Source: Trichoplax adhaerens
Taxonomy: Eukaryota; Animalia; Placozoa
Assembly (NCBI RefSeq): GCF_000150275.1
Contig: NW_002060943.1
Location: 4,732,008 to 4,796,007, forward strand
DNA length: 64,000 nt
Reading direction: 5' to 3'
Shown piece by piece: positions 25,566 through 40,212 of the stretch. The position numbers were made by a program, and so were the translations under genes. The first letter of the stretch is position 1. Every line of letters starts with the position of its first letter. Under the pieces are notes generated by a model. The model was not told where the DNA came from. It made no database searches and saw only the letters and a list, made by a program, of their open reading frames with translations.

Positions 25566-28500
25566 TCAATATAGAGAAATTTGCTGCTTATTGCTAGTTT
25601 AATTCAGAATTATACTGTATTACAGCTGACACTATATTTAAAAACAGTAATTGACAGAAAAGTTCTACGTTCAATAGCTGATATAAGTGAATAAGCAAAA
25701 AGTTTCACTTTAATTTTATTGATGTAAGTGGTTTTAACTTTATAATCTAACTCAGATAATTTCACAATTAGAATTCTCTACGAGAGACTTGCTCTAATCT
25801 GTATCATGATTAATATTATAGCTGGAAGAATCAATACAATTTTTTAGAAAGAAAGCAAAGAAAAAGGAAGAAGAAAATGAAATGGTAAGACAATCCTAAA
25901 GCAGGTTTCAGTTCAGTAAATATCAAAAATTTTTTGGATACTTCGTGCAGTTAGTAGATCGATTAGTGCATGTAGATTGTCCTAAAATTAGCCATTATTG
26001 TGCAAATCCAACAACTGCATATATTTTATACTTTTAACTTATGTAATTATTCAGAATTAGCTATGTTTCAGTGAATACTGATAGTGGTAAATTACTATAC
26101 TTTAAGCAAAGTTGTTTGCTAATGAGAAACAAAACAAACTTCGTTTAGTCCTTTCCAAGCATTCAGTATAATTAGACACTTCTATAGAGAAATAGAACGG
26201 TTAAATATGATAAAAATTGTACTTTAGGCACTTGCATAGCAGGTTAAATCTCTAAATTCAAAACTTTTGCTTTAATTCGAACATTAACCGGATCGAGTTT
26301 TAGTCATGACATTAACAGTTTGTTAAGTAAATATCAATCCGTATATAGACACGATTTAGTACAGAAAGGACAATATATTATGCCAATATTATAGAATGTT
26401 TTCATATTGTATAGAACAAGATCAGAAGTCTTCTAATAGTAGGGATTTCCATTAATTATTACTAATCAGCTAAATGAAAAAATTGAATACCTACACTCTT
26501 GCAATCCAAAGAATAATTCTTGGACAGAATGAAAATGCCTTATTAATGTAAGCTAGTATCATGAAGTTAGCGACGATTACAATTGCCATATTCAATTTTA
26601 TGGTAATGAAGATTGTACTGTATTAGTTAATATAAATTATAAAAAATGAGATTACGCTTTTTGCTCTCTAGGTTAAAGGACATTCTGGAGATTTATGCAA
26701 TCTTTAATATTTCTATTATCTAAATACAGAAATAGAGAGGAATTCTTAAAACAATCAGTTAATCATAACTACATAGTTGACTATGACGTAGTAATTTGTT
26801 AAATTACAACTTCAATCTGTAATACTGGGTAACTTCATCAACATAAGGTTGGCTCTATTTTATATAGGAGAATACATATAATTATAATCACTTGGCAATG
26901 ACTGATACCAAGATTAACTAGCGACGTGCCTATTTACCAATCCTAAAAAATGATTAATATCGCATTCGAAAATCTTGTTTCTAATCTCATTCCAAGCTTT
27001 TCGAGATGCATCCTGCTGAATTGTAGTATACTAGTCAAAATACCCTAATATTCATTGCTTTTTAGTTTAATGAAGATTATGCGATTGAGAATAGCCATAA
27101 GCTTATAAATATATTGGATCAATGATTTTTAACGGTATTTGGCGCTTCCGTGCAAGTGTACTTTTATAAGATTAACTAAACCTACGAAGCTAATATCGCA
27201 AAGAGTGAAATCAATATCTATTTAGTTGCCGCTTTAATAAAATATCGCACTAAAAATGCAATGATGAATAGATGATACAACTTCAAGAAAAATTTTAAAT
27301 TATTAATGCTTCTATACATTAATTTAATAAAAATGTGCTAATTAATTAAAATTTCTGTCTACCATGTGTAGTATATTGTAATAGACCATAAAGTATCGAA
27401 CTACATGATATTATAATTCTATTCTCATATTCATAATCGTTTATTCCTTTAATTCATAAGATTGGAATCCATTATACTTAATTAAATCGTAAAAATAATG
27501 CAAACGTATAAGGTTCAAAAGTAGTAGTAATAATACAATAATTGTTATATTTAAATATAATCTAATATGACAGTTATATAGGTATTTGCTACCCACATAA
27601 TATTAACAGAATAGCAAATGCTGTTTCAAAGTTTTACTGGCTAATTATATCAATATTATTATTAAGGTGCAGATTATATACGTGTAACAATAATGTAATT
27701 GCCGTTATATCAGGAGTTTTTTAATAGAAACAGCTCAAAAAGACATTAAAATAAGATTTAATACTAGTAAAAGCATGCTAAAATATCTGTAAAGATAATT
27801 AATTTTAGAATTAATACACGTAATATCTATTTCACTTAATTTAAAAATGGTTGCTATAGCACAATAATAATTACAATCTACCGTTAAATAACATGTGTAG
27901 ATATGTCAATACAACAGATGAATAAAGATGCAGAAAACTTTCCAAGATTAAGATTCTGTATTAATAGCTATATAAAATTTCAAAAAGTAATGAAGTTTTA
28001 AATCACTTGAATCTAATATATTTATTAGACTTAAAATAATAATATATCAGGATAGAAATCTATTGGTAATTTATTTGTTTATAACTCAACAGGTACGACA
28101 GTCAAAGTCAACAACTCGAATTAAGGACTTCACGCTAACAAATATATTCAATATATCTTTACGTTACAAGTTATCAAATCTAAAATTGTAATATGATAAG
28201 ACATACTGGTATATATTTTATTAATATTAGTTATGGTTTGAGGCAGTAAGTATGATAATGTAATTGATTTAGAAATAGACAGTTGTAAATATTATGGCAA
28301 AATTGTAATATTCAACCGATAATGGATTTCCATTAACGACTGTGTAGATTTCGGTTAAGTACTATTTAAAATATGTATAATAATCAAAATGGCGGTTTTC
28401 ACACTTTTATGCAATCTTTTAGGCACTAAGCGGATTTAATTTGGCACATAATATGTTAATTAATACATATATATGCTCTAAAATAATTAATATAATTAAA

Positions 28501-29850
28501 TGTGTGTAGAAAAAGACTATATCACGGTATAGGAAATAATTAACGGATTGTGCAGGTGGAGTTTGGAACAAGTGTATAAGGAAGCGTATTTGTAGATACA
28601 AAGTGAATAATTTAAGCGCTAGAGTGGAATAGCAGTTGAATAAAGATAGCTTTGTAATATTACCTAGTAAACTTCTAGACTGACTCTCACTGTTGACTAA
28701 AGTCCTTCACGAAGGTAGTGAAAGTAGTGACGCTTGGTAACAGATTTACAATACGGTAGAAGGTTTTACAGGTAACCATAGAAGAAGAATTCATTGTAAC
28801 AAACGAAATTTGTGACAATATTCCATATTCTATTTGCCAGAATCGAATTTTATCGCGGTAGTTTTTAGACTTTCTAATAAAATTTTAGCTCTGAAGGCTT
28901 GCACGATAGCCTGAATTAACATTTAATGCTTTCATTCAGATATCTGGACTTTCCGCTAAATTCTACAATTCAAGCCTATTGCCACTTTTGTATTGCTTTA
29001 TCATGATATTTTTATTTAATGTTAAGATAAGAATTCGGCTATTACGTAATAATTTTCTACTAAAACTTGATTATTATGCCGTAGTTATTATGATTTTCAC
29101 ATGGTAGATCAAGTATATTTGGTTCACAGTTGCGTTTATAAATCGTTACAGATCATCACATACATACTAGCTAAAAATTGATATATTTATTAGCTGTGAC
29201 TGCATTTTTATCGATAAAAGCGTTAACAATCCTTGATATAATCAACTGAGATTGTTTGATATCGGCAAGAATGATTTAAACAATTTCCTTAATTTAGTAG
29301 CGCAAGAGAAGCATAATTATTACAGAGTCTGCATTTTTGTGATAGAAATCTTAGTAATTTTTGTAGCCTTCATTTAGCGATTATTTTATAATTTCAATAT
29401 CCATATGAGCGGCTTAAAAGCAACTTCGAGTTGTAAGAGATAACTTCTACATAAAATTATTATTATCTCTACAATTCTAATTAAAAATTTCAAGGGTGCT
29501 CTAGATTATCAACTTTTACTTTACGTCCAAACAGATTTCAGTGATTCAGATAAAACTTTTAGCATACTGTAACTATCATAAAAGACATTTCACCATATTG
29601 ATTTACATATTCTATCACTTTTAATATAATGGGAAAAATATTGTAAACTATATGCAATAAGGTGTGCTTTATATTGAAGATGACGAAAAGTGCCAACTAT
29701 AATTAAATTAGGTGCTAAATTTAGACAGACCGTCTTCTTAGAGTATAAACATATTTTTCTTGCCTAAATCGCTGAGATATCAAAGGATTGCATTCGAAAG
29801 TTTATCTATTTTAGATAATTAAACCGTATGTAATCTATGTTCTTGAACAA

Positions 29851-30543
29851 ATGGCTTACTTTAGGTCACTGATAACCAACTTTATAGTTTTATTGAATTT
29901 CTCTTATGGTGTTATTAGTCAGGGAAATAATAATGATAACCCTTTTCCTTGGTGGATATTTATTTCATCTTATCCTACTCCATTTGCCAACAGATGTAAT
30001 GGTCAACAAGCTAGACGATCATGTAATTTATGTATTCATAGCCATCCCAGCTGTTATTGGTGTAACTATGATAATACTTGTAGAATGTTGCCAACGGGAA
30101 GAACTCATCCCTATCCAGGAGATTGTCCTAATGATGAATGGCATCTTAACCAATGTATCATCAATGGTAGTGTATTTGTCTACCTTATTCCTGTTGCTAT
30201 CGTTATCGTAGCAATAGGTATAACTATTATCATTTACTGTTGCTGTTGTCGTTACCAATCAAGAGAAAATGTCACATCATTACCTAAAATCACTACACCC
30301 AATAGGCAAAGTAAGAAGACCAAGCAGTCAAGACTGAAAAGCCAACAAATTCACGAATCTATTCGTTCAAAATATAAGCTCAGATCTGTTGCTGGTTTGA
30401 CTAGAGGTTCTTCGGATGATAGCTTCTCCTGGGAAGATCCAAATAGGATCACTTCCAGTCGGTCATCGCTTGGAGCTAAAATGAAATTATTTCGATATAA
30501 GAAATTAAACGACGACGATTCTGTTATTAGTTCATTAGTGTAA
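29851..30543 (+). CDS. PTTG1IP-like PSI-domain single-pass membrane protein (230 aa), intronless
   Basis: Signal peptide, PSI cysteine pattern (SCNLC...CYWC...C...C...NQC), TM helix, CCCC cluster, basic tail with IRSKYKL (compare IRKKYGL in PTTG1IP). Confidence 0.85.
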   Translation: MAYFRSLITNFIVLLNFSYGVISQGNNNDNPFPWWIFISSYPTPFANRCNGQQARRSCNLCIHSHPSCYWCNYDNTCRMLPTGRTHPYPGDCPNDEWHLNQCIINGSVFVYLIPVAIVIVAIGITIIIYCCCCRYQSRENVTSLPKITTPNRQSKKTKQSRLKSQQIHESIRSKYKLRSVAGLTRGSSDDSFSWEDPNRITSSRSSLGAKMKLFRYKKLNDDDSVISSLV

Positions 30544-32292
30544 GCATCTTCCTCGTCTTTGATACAAAATATTTATTTAACATTTTACTATTTCGCTACC
30601 AATTTAATTTCATATCTTGAATAATATTACAACCTGCCTTCACAATCAGGAAATAGGGCAAAATAGTATAATTTTCTATTTACTACTTATAAATTTTACT
30701 CTAGTTTTCTGCCTGAAACTGCTTCCTATGATTCAGTATCGGATGGATTAAATCTCTTAACTCATACTACTACTCTTATTCAAATAACATTTGATTGCTA
30801 CCACTACATCTAAGTAAAGATAAACGAGCAGCTGTTAACAACAAAAAAAATAGTAATCAGAATAACATGTCATCAGTGAGTTTTTACTCTAAAATTTCGG
30901 TCATTCACGCTATACTATAGTTTTATAGTGATAGAAAACTGCATTTATGATGTACGCATCTTGCGATAACCTTATTTACAATTTCAGAAATAAAAATGTA
31001 CGAATGCCCCTACAGTATGTCAATACCATCACGACCAGTATTTGTCAGGATTATATACTGTAAGATTTATCAAGAGTAGCTTAGTAATTAACAATATAAT
31101 AATTTCTAAAAACTGACCTGAAGAATAAATGTAACAAGATCTAGTAAATTATATATGAGAGTATACTTTAATATATAATATTTATAAATTCATTTTGCAG
31201 TATTGATACTGTGATTGCGCTTAAATTGTGCTTGGAAGGTACATGAAATCTAAATTTACAGGCAACTCATGTAATGCTGTAAGGTCAAATAAAGCTGTTT
31301 ATAATTTAAATCTGTATTTATTCTTTTATCAAAACAAAATCTTGATTCTGGCCGGGGCGCTGAAAGATTAATATAATAGATCTTGTAAAACAAAATTGAT
31401 TAAATTTTATTATGGCTACACTGCCTCTGTTGCAAATAGCTTAAGGTTCAAGAAGGACATTTTATCAGCATTTAAATATAAATATTTCTGTATATGCGTG
31501 TTACTAATCTACTTCTTTGTAACAAGAAACCGGGTCTTAAAACACTATCTTCACTAGTACTTGTGTTCCCAACTAACTTAGGGACCTATCGTAGTTGAAC
31601 TAACTCTCAGCTACATAAAAAAACTACTATTGAGTAATAGGTTTAAATACTTTACTTTATTTTCGTTAACCTTAATCGTAAAATGTACCAAAGAAAAACG
31701 TAAGAATATTCTTAGCAATAATAGTCACAAGATCCTGCAAATGACTAACTGGAACTGAGAAGCTAAGCTAGTGCTCCGCTTTTTATAGTCTCGCCGATGG
31801 TACACTTGTGAATATTCTTGAAATAGCGGCTTACACTGTACAGTATACATATCCTAGTATAGCAACTAGAGCCTCAAGGCTCTGCAAAGTAATTGATCTT
31901 ACACTTATCAAATAGCTTAGTATCCCTTCCTTTAAAAAGAAGTTACTAAATCTTAAATTCGACCTTTGTTATGACTTATAGGTCTTACAGTTCTAATTTT
32001 TGAATGTAAGAAATACAGTAATACTATTCATCATGAAAGCTTTCGAGCATATGACTTTAAGAATCTGTCTGGAAAAAACTTCCGTTGCAAACTAGAAATT
32101 GGTGGTATTAGTCTTACAAGCCATGTTATTACACATAATTCTAGATATCCACTTAGGTCAAAGTCATTATGCTTGTTTTTCACGTCGAAAATGACTAATT
32201 TTAATTCTAGCTGATTGATGAACGATCTATTTAAGCAAGATTAGAATAAGCCTATTACCGAATAACTTTCGTACAGCAATCGTATTGCTCTC

Positions 32293-32708
32293 TGTAAGAC
32301 AGTGTAATAATGCATTCTAAGTTGGTGATATATTTAGTAATGTCTACCGTAGGTGTTGTGTTCAACATGTGATAGATATTTTCGTTAGAAGCTTAAGTAT
32401 GAAATATAGCTAGCTTAGTAACTGTAATCCTTTTGAAGAGAAGCGCTACAGTGCTCACACTAGAGCTTCACAAGAAAGGTGTAAACTATCCTGTATTTGA
32501 GATGCTAATACTGAAGTGTGTAGTAAGTAAGGTGCTAAGTCTGTAAACGTGGAAAGGTATATAGGCGAGTGGTTTAGTATAGTAAGCTAGTTCTTTATCG
32601 TTAGAGGTCCTCAGCTAATCGATTACGTTGTATCTTCGTAAAACAGGTTTTATTCAATAAATCTTAATTTTCTAAACTTTTGAAGATTCTTGATCTATCA
32701 ACCTTACA
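32293..32708 (+). mobile_element. Solo-LTR-like element (416 bp); 3' end resembles family E
   Basis: TGTAAG...CTTACA perfect 6-bp terminal inverted repeat with exact TSD CTCTC (32288-32292, 32709-32713). AATAAA..TAATTTTCTA block shared with 32-589. Confidence 0.82.
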
Positions 32709-34262
32709 CTCTCATAAGATATCTTATTTAGTATGGTCTCTTTACTTTTCATGCTGTAATTTTAATCTATCTCTTTACAAATTTCGATTTGTAACGTTGC
32801 AGTTGAAAGAAATGTTTCATTAGTTAAAAATTATTCATAAATTGGTTTATTTATACGATATATTGGCCTTCTTTATCGTTATATTTCATTCTTTACTTTG
32901 AAAATAACAATACTCGTATTATGATCTATATTATTTACAAGGCATATTTGAATGTTTAAAAACATCATTTTCATCGGTCAAAATTTGAAATATTTTTTTC
33001 CATATCATCTTGCAACACCTATTGCAGCTGAAATGGTAATAGCCCTATTTAGTGAAACTTGGCTGATCTTGTAATAGGCCATCTGATTCATTAAATTTAT
33101 TTAGAAATATGAGTATACAGTAAAACCTACTAAATTGCTAGATAACCTTTAGTTATTACTGTAGTCGATGATATCAATTTTACTACTTCTCATTTTAAGC
33201 ACTAATTACAGTGTTGTCTGCTATTGCAAGTAATCGTTTGGATCCCCATCAATACATTAATACCATAGGGAAAATAATGAATGGTAAACTTACCTTGTAA
33301 GAATAATTTCATAAGCGTAAATAAAATAAGAATTAAAGACCTATCTGCTGGAATAATTGAAACAAAATACTTAAACAGATGTTTTTGGTAACCTCATTAA
33401 TTGGGGATGTTCCCATAAACAGCACTCATAATATAGGAAAATAAGGAAAACGTGAATATGATGAAATGAAACGAAGCCATTAATTAGAGCTACTAAACAT
33501 ATTACCAAAGTTTGGATATTCAACAGTAATTATTAGGGTAAAATGATCTAATATAATAATATTATAAGTAGAAGTCACTATATTTATTGACCGACGCTTA
33601 AGCTTTACTTTTAAATAAGAACAGGTTTAGGTTTGAATTACTTTTAACTTTGTTCAAAGACTAACAAAGAAACCTTCTTGTAGTGACTACACGTCCCTGT
33701 ACATATGATCATGCATAGAATGATGGCTTTCCATTTGTCTCCATAATTTTGCACAAAATTCTTTAGACAAAGCGTACAAAGATTGTATGCAAAATGACGA
33801 AAGCTAGCATTTATCGAGATAAAATTTCAATGCTATGTATATTTTCCTATATAAGACAAACAAGATCGATATCAAATCTTATTTGCATAAATTTACGTCT
33901 TCATTCAATACGATTGGATTAAGATAAATTTTATTGTAAGATTTGAAAAGATCGTCCTAAAAGGAGGATTAAGAAATGACCATAAATTAAATTAAAATAC
34001 GGCAAGATATCTTAATAGATATCAACATATGTTTTTACGTAGCTGCAATCAAATTCTGTTTGATGCCTAGATTAGAAGTTGACGTTGTTTTCGATGAAAT
34101 TTTCATTAATAATTGTAAAATTCTCAATCCCAATACCCAATACATGCAGTGCCATATTATTAGATCTGAATAATTTAAGAGTGTACTTCCAAGAACACCC
34201 TAATTACACATTATTATTGAAGCAGAGTGTTCGAATTGATTTTTCTGCTAACTATAGGCAAT

Positions 34263-34934
34263 ATGGTGTATAAACCTCTCTCTCAAGTATGGATAGCCCA
34301 ATCCTTCATCATACTTTCTTATTGGACGTATTTCAATCAAGGCCAGACTCCTATAGATCCATGCTTAGCTTTTGAAACTTGTAATGCATGCATCGGCGAT
34401 CCTAGACGCTGTTACTGGTGCAACTCTGACAGCTACTGTCGCAGTTTGCCTGCTCGCTCAAATACACCATTTCTTGGCGAATGCTTAAATGAAGCTTATC
34501 AAGTAAATCAATGTATCTTTTCAACTAATTTAACGGTTATCATCATTGCAGTAGTCGGTTCTGTAGCGGCTATATGTTTTAGCTGGATAGTTTATTGCTA
34601 TTGTTGTCGCGATCGAAATCGTGATAAATACGACATACAAATTAGAAATTATGCTCGTATTAAACGTGAAAGAAGGCGGCGTTATTACGAGACTAAAAAT
34701 CAACGACGCAGCTATTCTGATTCGATAAGGCAGAAATACAGTTTACCGTCAGCAGGTTCAACACGAGCAAGAACAAGCAGTCAACGTTCATGGATTTCTG
34801 GTAGAAGAGGAGGTCCATCGTTTTTGTCTAGGATATTTTCATCTAATCATCAAAGCCAAAGCGACCACAACATGGCTACACCAGCAAGTAGAAGGCAGTT
34901 AGAAATATCACATCTTGGGCTGACAACAGTGTAG
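34263..34934 (+). CDS. PTTG1IP-like PSI-domain protein paralog (223 aa from ATG 34263), intronless
   Basis: TCNAC...CYWC...C...C...NQC, TM helix, YCYCC, IRQKYSL. Colinear with 29851-30543. Confidence 0.85.
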   Translation: MVYKPLSQVWIAQSFIILSYWTYFNQGQTPIDPCLAFETCNACIGDPRRCYWCNSDSYCRSLPARSNTPFLGECLNEAYQVNQCIFSTNLTVIIIAVVGSVAAICFSWIVYCYCCRDRNRDKYDIQIRNYARIKRERRRRYYETKNQRRSYSDSIRQKYSLPSAGSTRARTSSQRSWISGRRGGPSFLSRIFSSNHQSQSDHNMATPASRRQLEISHLGLTTV

Positions 34935-35090
34935 CAGTCTTGAACTTTATCTTGGAATTATTTCTAAATTTATTAGTCTTTCAATAACAACGTAAACTTC
35001 CAGCAACATTAACTGTTAACAGAGGCATATTTGAGATCTAGATTGACAAGAAGACAAGCTAAAAAGATCTAAGCTGTGTTATAATATGAT

Positions 35091-35360
35091 TGTTACGGAG
35101 CAAAGCACCGTACTTGCTAATTAAATAGATTTTGTCAGTATTTAGCTAATGGATCATATTGAGTTCCTTATTAGATCGTGTACGAGAAGGTACTCGGCTA
35201 CTCTACTAATAAAAACTATACTAATCTTTTAGAACAGTCTTATCCCTGTGTGACCAAAAGTAGTAAAGAACTACCATACAGTAGATCTCCAGGTGTAGTG
35301 GAACAAGGCATAAGTAATCTATTAGTTTAGTGTAATAGTTCGCAACATAAGTTTGTGACA
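35091..35360 (+). mobile_element. Solo-LTR-like element, family B (270 bp)
   Basis: TGTTACGG...TTTGTGACA with exact TSD ATGAT (35086-35090, 35361-35365). Confidence 0.88.
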
Positions 35361-37676
35361 ATGATATAATTAAATAAAATGTCCATCAGAAGACAGTTGC
35401 TCGTACAATAACAAGATTGAGTAGTTAGTGTTTTTTCATGTAATTTTTATCCATGGGATCAAATTGTAATAACTTTAGTTTATGAGTAGAGTTATAATGA
35501 TCCCAGCTGATTGCAATAGTGCAGTATGTGGATAACACGATGGAATGGCGTACTGTACGGTACTCTTTTTATTGAGAATTACTAGATTTAGAAAACTCAA
35601 ACTTGGGTTACGTAAGCAAATCTACACTAATGGCAGGAGACTATTGCACGGCCATTATAAGAATTTTAATGAAGATATCTTTCTCCAGCTGATACCTAAA
35701 ATTGTTACTAATTTTCACAGATACACAAAGATCAAGACACGACAATTTCTTATGTACAATCAAAAATTTTTAGTAGCATTTTTGCTATAAATACTACGTG
35801 CTGTGTTCTTAAACTGGCGGAATAATCTTGAAAATGTATAATATTCGTACATGTTCAAAATTCCTAAATCATCAACATGTAGAAAATTAAGATCGAACTT
35901 GCGCTATATGATGCATAATATAATAGATCTAATGATATTTAAATGTAACAGGATTACGAAATCGCTTTAAACTATAGCTCAATTTTAAAATTATTATTTT
36001 ACGGATGTACGCACAACTTTTAAGTACTTGAAACCGAATACGATTGCAATATAAAATCTTACCATACTTATACACAATTAGAACCCGTTTAGCTTTTACC
36101 GCAATTATTGATCTTCAATTTGCAATGATACGAGAATTGAAATACCTAAAGTTATTTAGCAACGATTATTGTCTTTCATCGATGAACCCGTAGAGTACAG
36201 TACCGATTGATTAAAATTTTATAAATAGTCCAAATTTTCTAATTTAATAGTCTATATCTAACTTATAAGGGTATCTCGATCTGATTTCATCATTTTAATA
36301 TCAGTTATTTTATTACAAGTGACTTACAGTGCAAGCATGTATCATATCTACTTATCCTGAATTTCTTAGTTACCTACTCAACATTAATCATGCTATAGTT
36401 ATTGAACATGGGCATTCCCACGCTGATTTAATTTAGGCTATAAGTACAAACGTTTTTAATATACTCGGCTAATGTTGGCGTAGTAATAATTAATTAGTTT
36501 TAAAGCATGTTTGAATCATCATGAAAATATTAAACGCAAATTAGTTTTATCATTTTTCTTAATTGCTTAAAAAATAATCGGGTGCAATATAAAGATTACT
36601 TTTCTCAATGATTTGTATTAATTTAAATCTCAATACGTTACTTTACGTACGAATGTTTATTATTTAAGGTCTACCCATTATAAATATTATTCTTGTAACG
36701 GTCGATATTCCTAAAAGCTGTAAAATGAATTAATTCTAGTATAAAATACAAAGGTATCATTTACAAAATATGTCGGCAACTTTTCGGGCATCATGTCTTG
36801 CATGCGTTAAAATTGACTTTCTTACAGTCATTTTTTACGAAATCTGATATGTAAATTAATTTTATGTACATTCGCGATTACTACACAAATATCCTATTGT
36901 AGCAAATCATATCAGGGACGCTTACGCTTTTCTTGAAACCGTTGACCGCTACAATCTCGTCCACAAATGGGTGGCTAATTTTATTCAGAGGTACGCATTT
37001 ATACAACAAGACTGAGTAAGTTGGTCTATAACAATTGAAATCGATAAACTTTGCACTGATAATTCATGTATCAACGGAAAATAATCATCTCTTTCCAAGG
37101 AATAATAGCAGAATGTCTTCAGTTCTTAGTGGTGAAAATTTGCCAGTTCGATTACCAATAGGTATTCACTTAAGACTATCTTTAGAACACATACTTACAG
37201 TACTGTACGTGAAATAATAATTACTCACCAGCAAGAGCCAGTTATCTGCTTGGTTACGATACGCATGGGTATAAATTTCCCAGTCAAGGTCACAATTTAA
37301 ATCAGAAATAGATTATAGCATCAGCAAGAAATTTTCTATACCACAGTAGTTAGATTTGGTATGTCAGAATTAATATATTGAGTCATTAATTCGTGAACAA
37401 GGGTGAGCGTATACGCCAATATAATATAAAATTTTTTTATGATATAAAATTAGTCATTAGTATATTTCATGATCCTACCACATAATCATGTCTTGAAAAA
37501 ATTTTTTAAAACATTAGCTGCTAAAAGGACAGTGAATAACTATACATTACTTGTATATACAGTTATACTTTGTTCTGCTATTAAGACAATCACTGAAGAG
37601 ATATAACAATAACGGTCTCTATCTTACGAAATAAATTGCCGAATAAAATTAGTAGACTGTAGGTATAAAAAATTCA

Positions 37677-40083
37677 TTAATTATAGGCTGCAAAATCGCC
37701 AATATCTGGAACGTCTTCTGTCTTATAAGATGGATATAACCCATCCCAACCTTTACCTTGTACTCTTCCTTTAGAATAGCCATCCCAATGATTGCCAGCA
37801 ACGGCTATAATATCTCCAACAGCTAGATCAATCTCGCCTTGACGACGAGCGGCATGAGGATAGATTGCCTTATGACGATGCATATTTTGTCCACCGAAGT
37901 AATAAATATCATCAAGGGAGTGAAAATATTGAGAAGCGTCGTCATGGTATGTTTGCATAATTTCATAAGCAAGCCTACAAACCTATTCAATATTATGTAT
38001 AATAACAATAGGCAAATTAAAATCACAATCACTATATGCTGGTTAAAATCCATATAACGAAAATTCGATATTTTATATACCTGAGATGAAAACGTGCATA
38101 CTAAATAATCAGTTTGTGCTAATATCTCGATATCTAATATGATACCCCGAAGAGATTGATCACTATAACGCGAACTAAGAGCCGCCGATTTAGAGGCTTG
38201 AGCATCGCTGACGAATACATAATCTTTATATCTAAGATAGTAAATCACAAGTAAATAAGGACGCAAATTTTAGTTTAAAAAATTCATAAATCATTTTGGG
38301 ATAATACTATTTTATGGATATACGCTGGTTTTAACGACAAGTTGACATCGAGTTGCAACGACACAATATCGTGCCAATTTTAGCAAATAGATATTTGATA
38401 TTAGTAATTGTTACACCTTTTTCTGGCTTCATCTACTACTTTTGGTTCGTCAGTTGCAATAAACACTCTCTTGACAGGCACTTTTGTTGTCCTCTTCAAT
38501 TTTTGGTAGTACTCTTCCACATGAACCATGTATTCTTCAATATTGTGTAAGGCAGCTTCACTATTGATTTTATCGGTCCTTCTGACATGAATTCTAGATT
38601 AATGTGATTATTGAAATATGAAGGTCTCTTACGTTTGTGGATGATAAGAAACGAGTACAATAAAAGATTATGTATTGGTATTGTTATTCTCAAGGTATCT
38701 GTACAATTTCATTAACTAAAATATTAAAAGTAATAATAGGGGTGTTTACCAGCATTTTGTCATGATCAATCTATTATTACTTTATGAAATATTCACATGA
38801 CAAGTTATTCAAGTAATGGTAGCTAGTTGTGCTATTGAACTATTAAAGTATCAACAAAGTAGCTACAAGAATAGAATAGAATTAAATAAATAATCGTAGT
38901 AGTATCTTATCTATTAAAAATGGCCTGGGTTATTTCAATCGAGCTTTCTAGTAAAGTACAGTACAGTACTACATTGTCATTATCTAAATTACCCAACAAT
39001 CGGCTTATCAAATTTAAGCTCTTTTTTCTTATCATCAATAAAATTTTGGGTAGTTGATTGCCATCTTAGGAGATATCGCATCATGTGTCCAACAAACCAA
39101 ACAAATGGATGTCCATGATAAGTCAGTAAGGTTTCCGACATATCTTTAGGTATAGCCAAGGGCAAATACGACGGTCTTCGGGTAATACCATCACTAATAG
39201 GTAAATGGACGAGAAGATCAGCATCATTATGGCCGTCCCATGGGCTAGCCTGAGACTCTGAACCGATCTTACAATTAGTACTCAACGGCTTAAAATATCC
39301 TTCCCAGCCATTCTGAGGCATATAACGCCAACCATTGGTATCTAACAATAAAGTTCGTTTAGTAGCGTAAGCTACAATCAAGCAGTAAACAGCATGATGC
39401 ATTTGGCATCCATAGCCGCAACCTTTATTCAATTTGCACAACAGTTTCCTTGCTTTACTGCAATCGGCGGGGCTCTGTAGAGTATCGAGTCTGTCAGTGA
39501 GCAATTGTTTTAATTGATTTAATTTCTTGTGACGTACTTCTTTTAATCCATCAATATCACCCAACATTTCACCATCAATTCGTAAGGCAAATGTTTGATT
39601 AAGAACATAATCTAACATATCATTGACTCGTTGGCTAAGAGCATTATTATCAGCGGATACTTTCTTTAACTCAGATCGAATAAAATACCAGACTTCTTTA
39701 GCACCATTGACAATTCGACGTCGGACTTTTTCTCGTTGGTAACTGACTGTGGCTTGATTTTGACGATTGGACCACTTATCTTGAAATAGGTTATTATTAT
39801 TATTATTATTATCATTACTATTTTTCACAATTTCATTAGGTTTATCTTGATTTTGGCTCAGGCCTTGTCCGTTATTATTGTTACTGGATTTACGTACTAA
39901 TTCTTGCAATCGATCATTCATATCCGATAATCGCTTGACTTGTAATTTAACCGCCTCTAATTCGGTTGCGTAGCCATCACACTGAGGTCCTTTGGACATA
40001 AAATAAGTTACAGCAACAAAAATGATAACAAGCCATAGAAACAAAAAAACCACGGGAAAACGCCTGTATGTAAATAGTCTCAT
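37677..40083 (-). CDS. FUT8: Alpha-(1,6)-fucosyltransferase (GT23), 574 aa
   Basis: Exons 40083-38993, 38593-38417, 38231-38081, 37982-37677 in phase (1725 nt). Type II TM, coiled coil, [45 protein letters not shown], and a C-terminal SH3 domain ([18 protein letters not shown]). Confidence 0.97.
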
Positions 40084-40212
40084 CTTTGCTATGATACACT
40101 ACTCCAATTAGAACAAAATAGCCGGATTTTCATGTAAACTGTTGGGATATCGTGAAAGGATTGGTGATATAAATCTTGAATCTTGAATGCTGGTCGTTTC
40201 TTCATACGAGAG

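Noticed and set aside
28400-28817. Complete TG...CA element ending at 28817 (also candidates starting at 6436, 13328 and 31518)
   Set aside because: Only one terminus was recognised, with no matching TSD.
29906-30258. Overlapping ORFs in other frames (also 37839-38057, 43883-44288, 62308-62544)
   Set aside because: Shadow frames of real CDSs.
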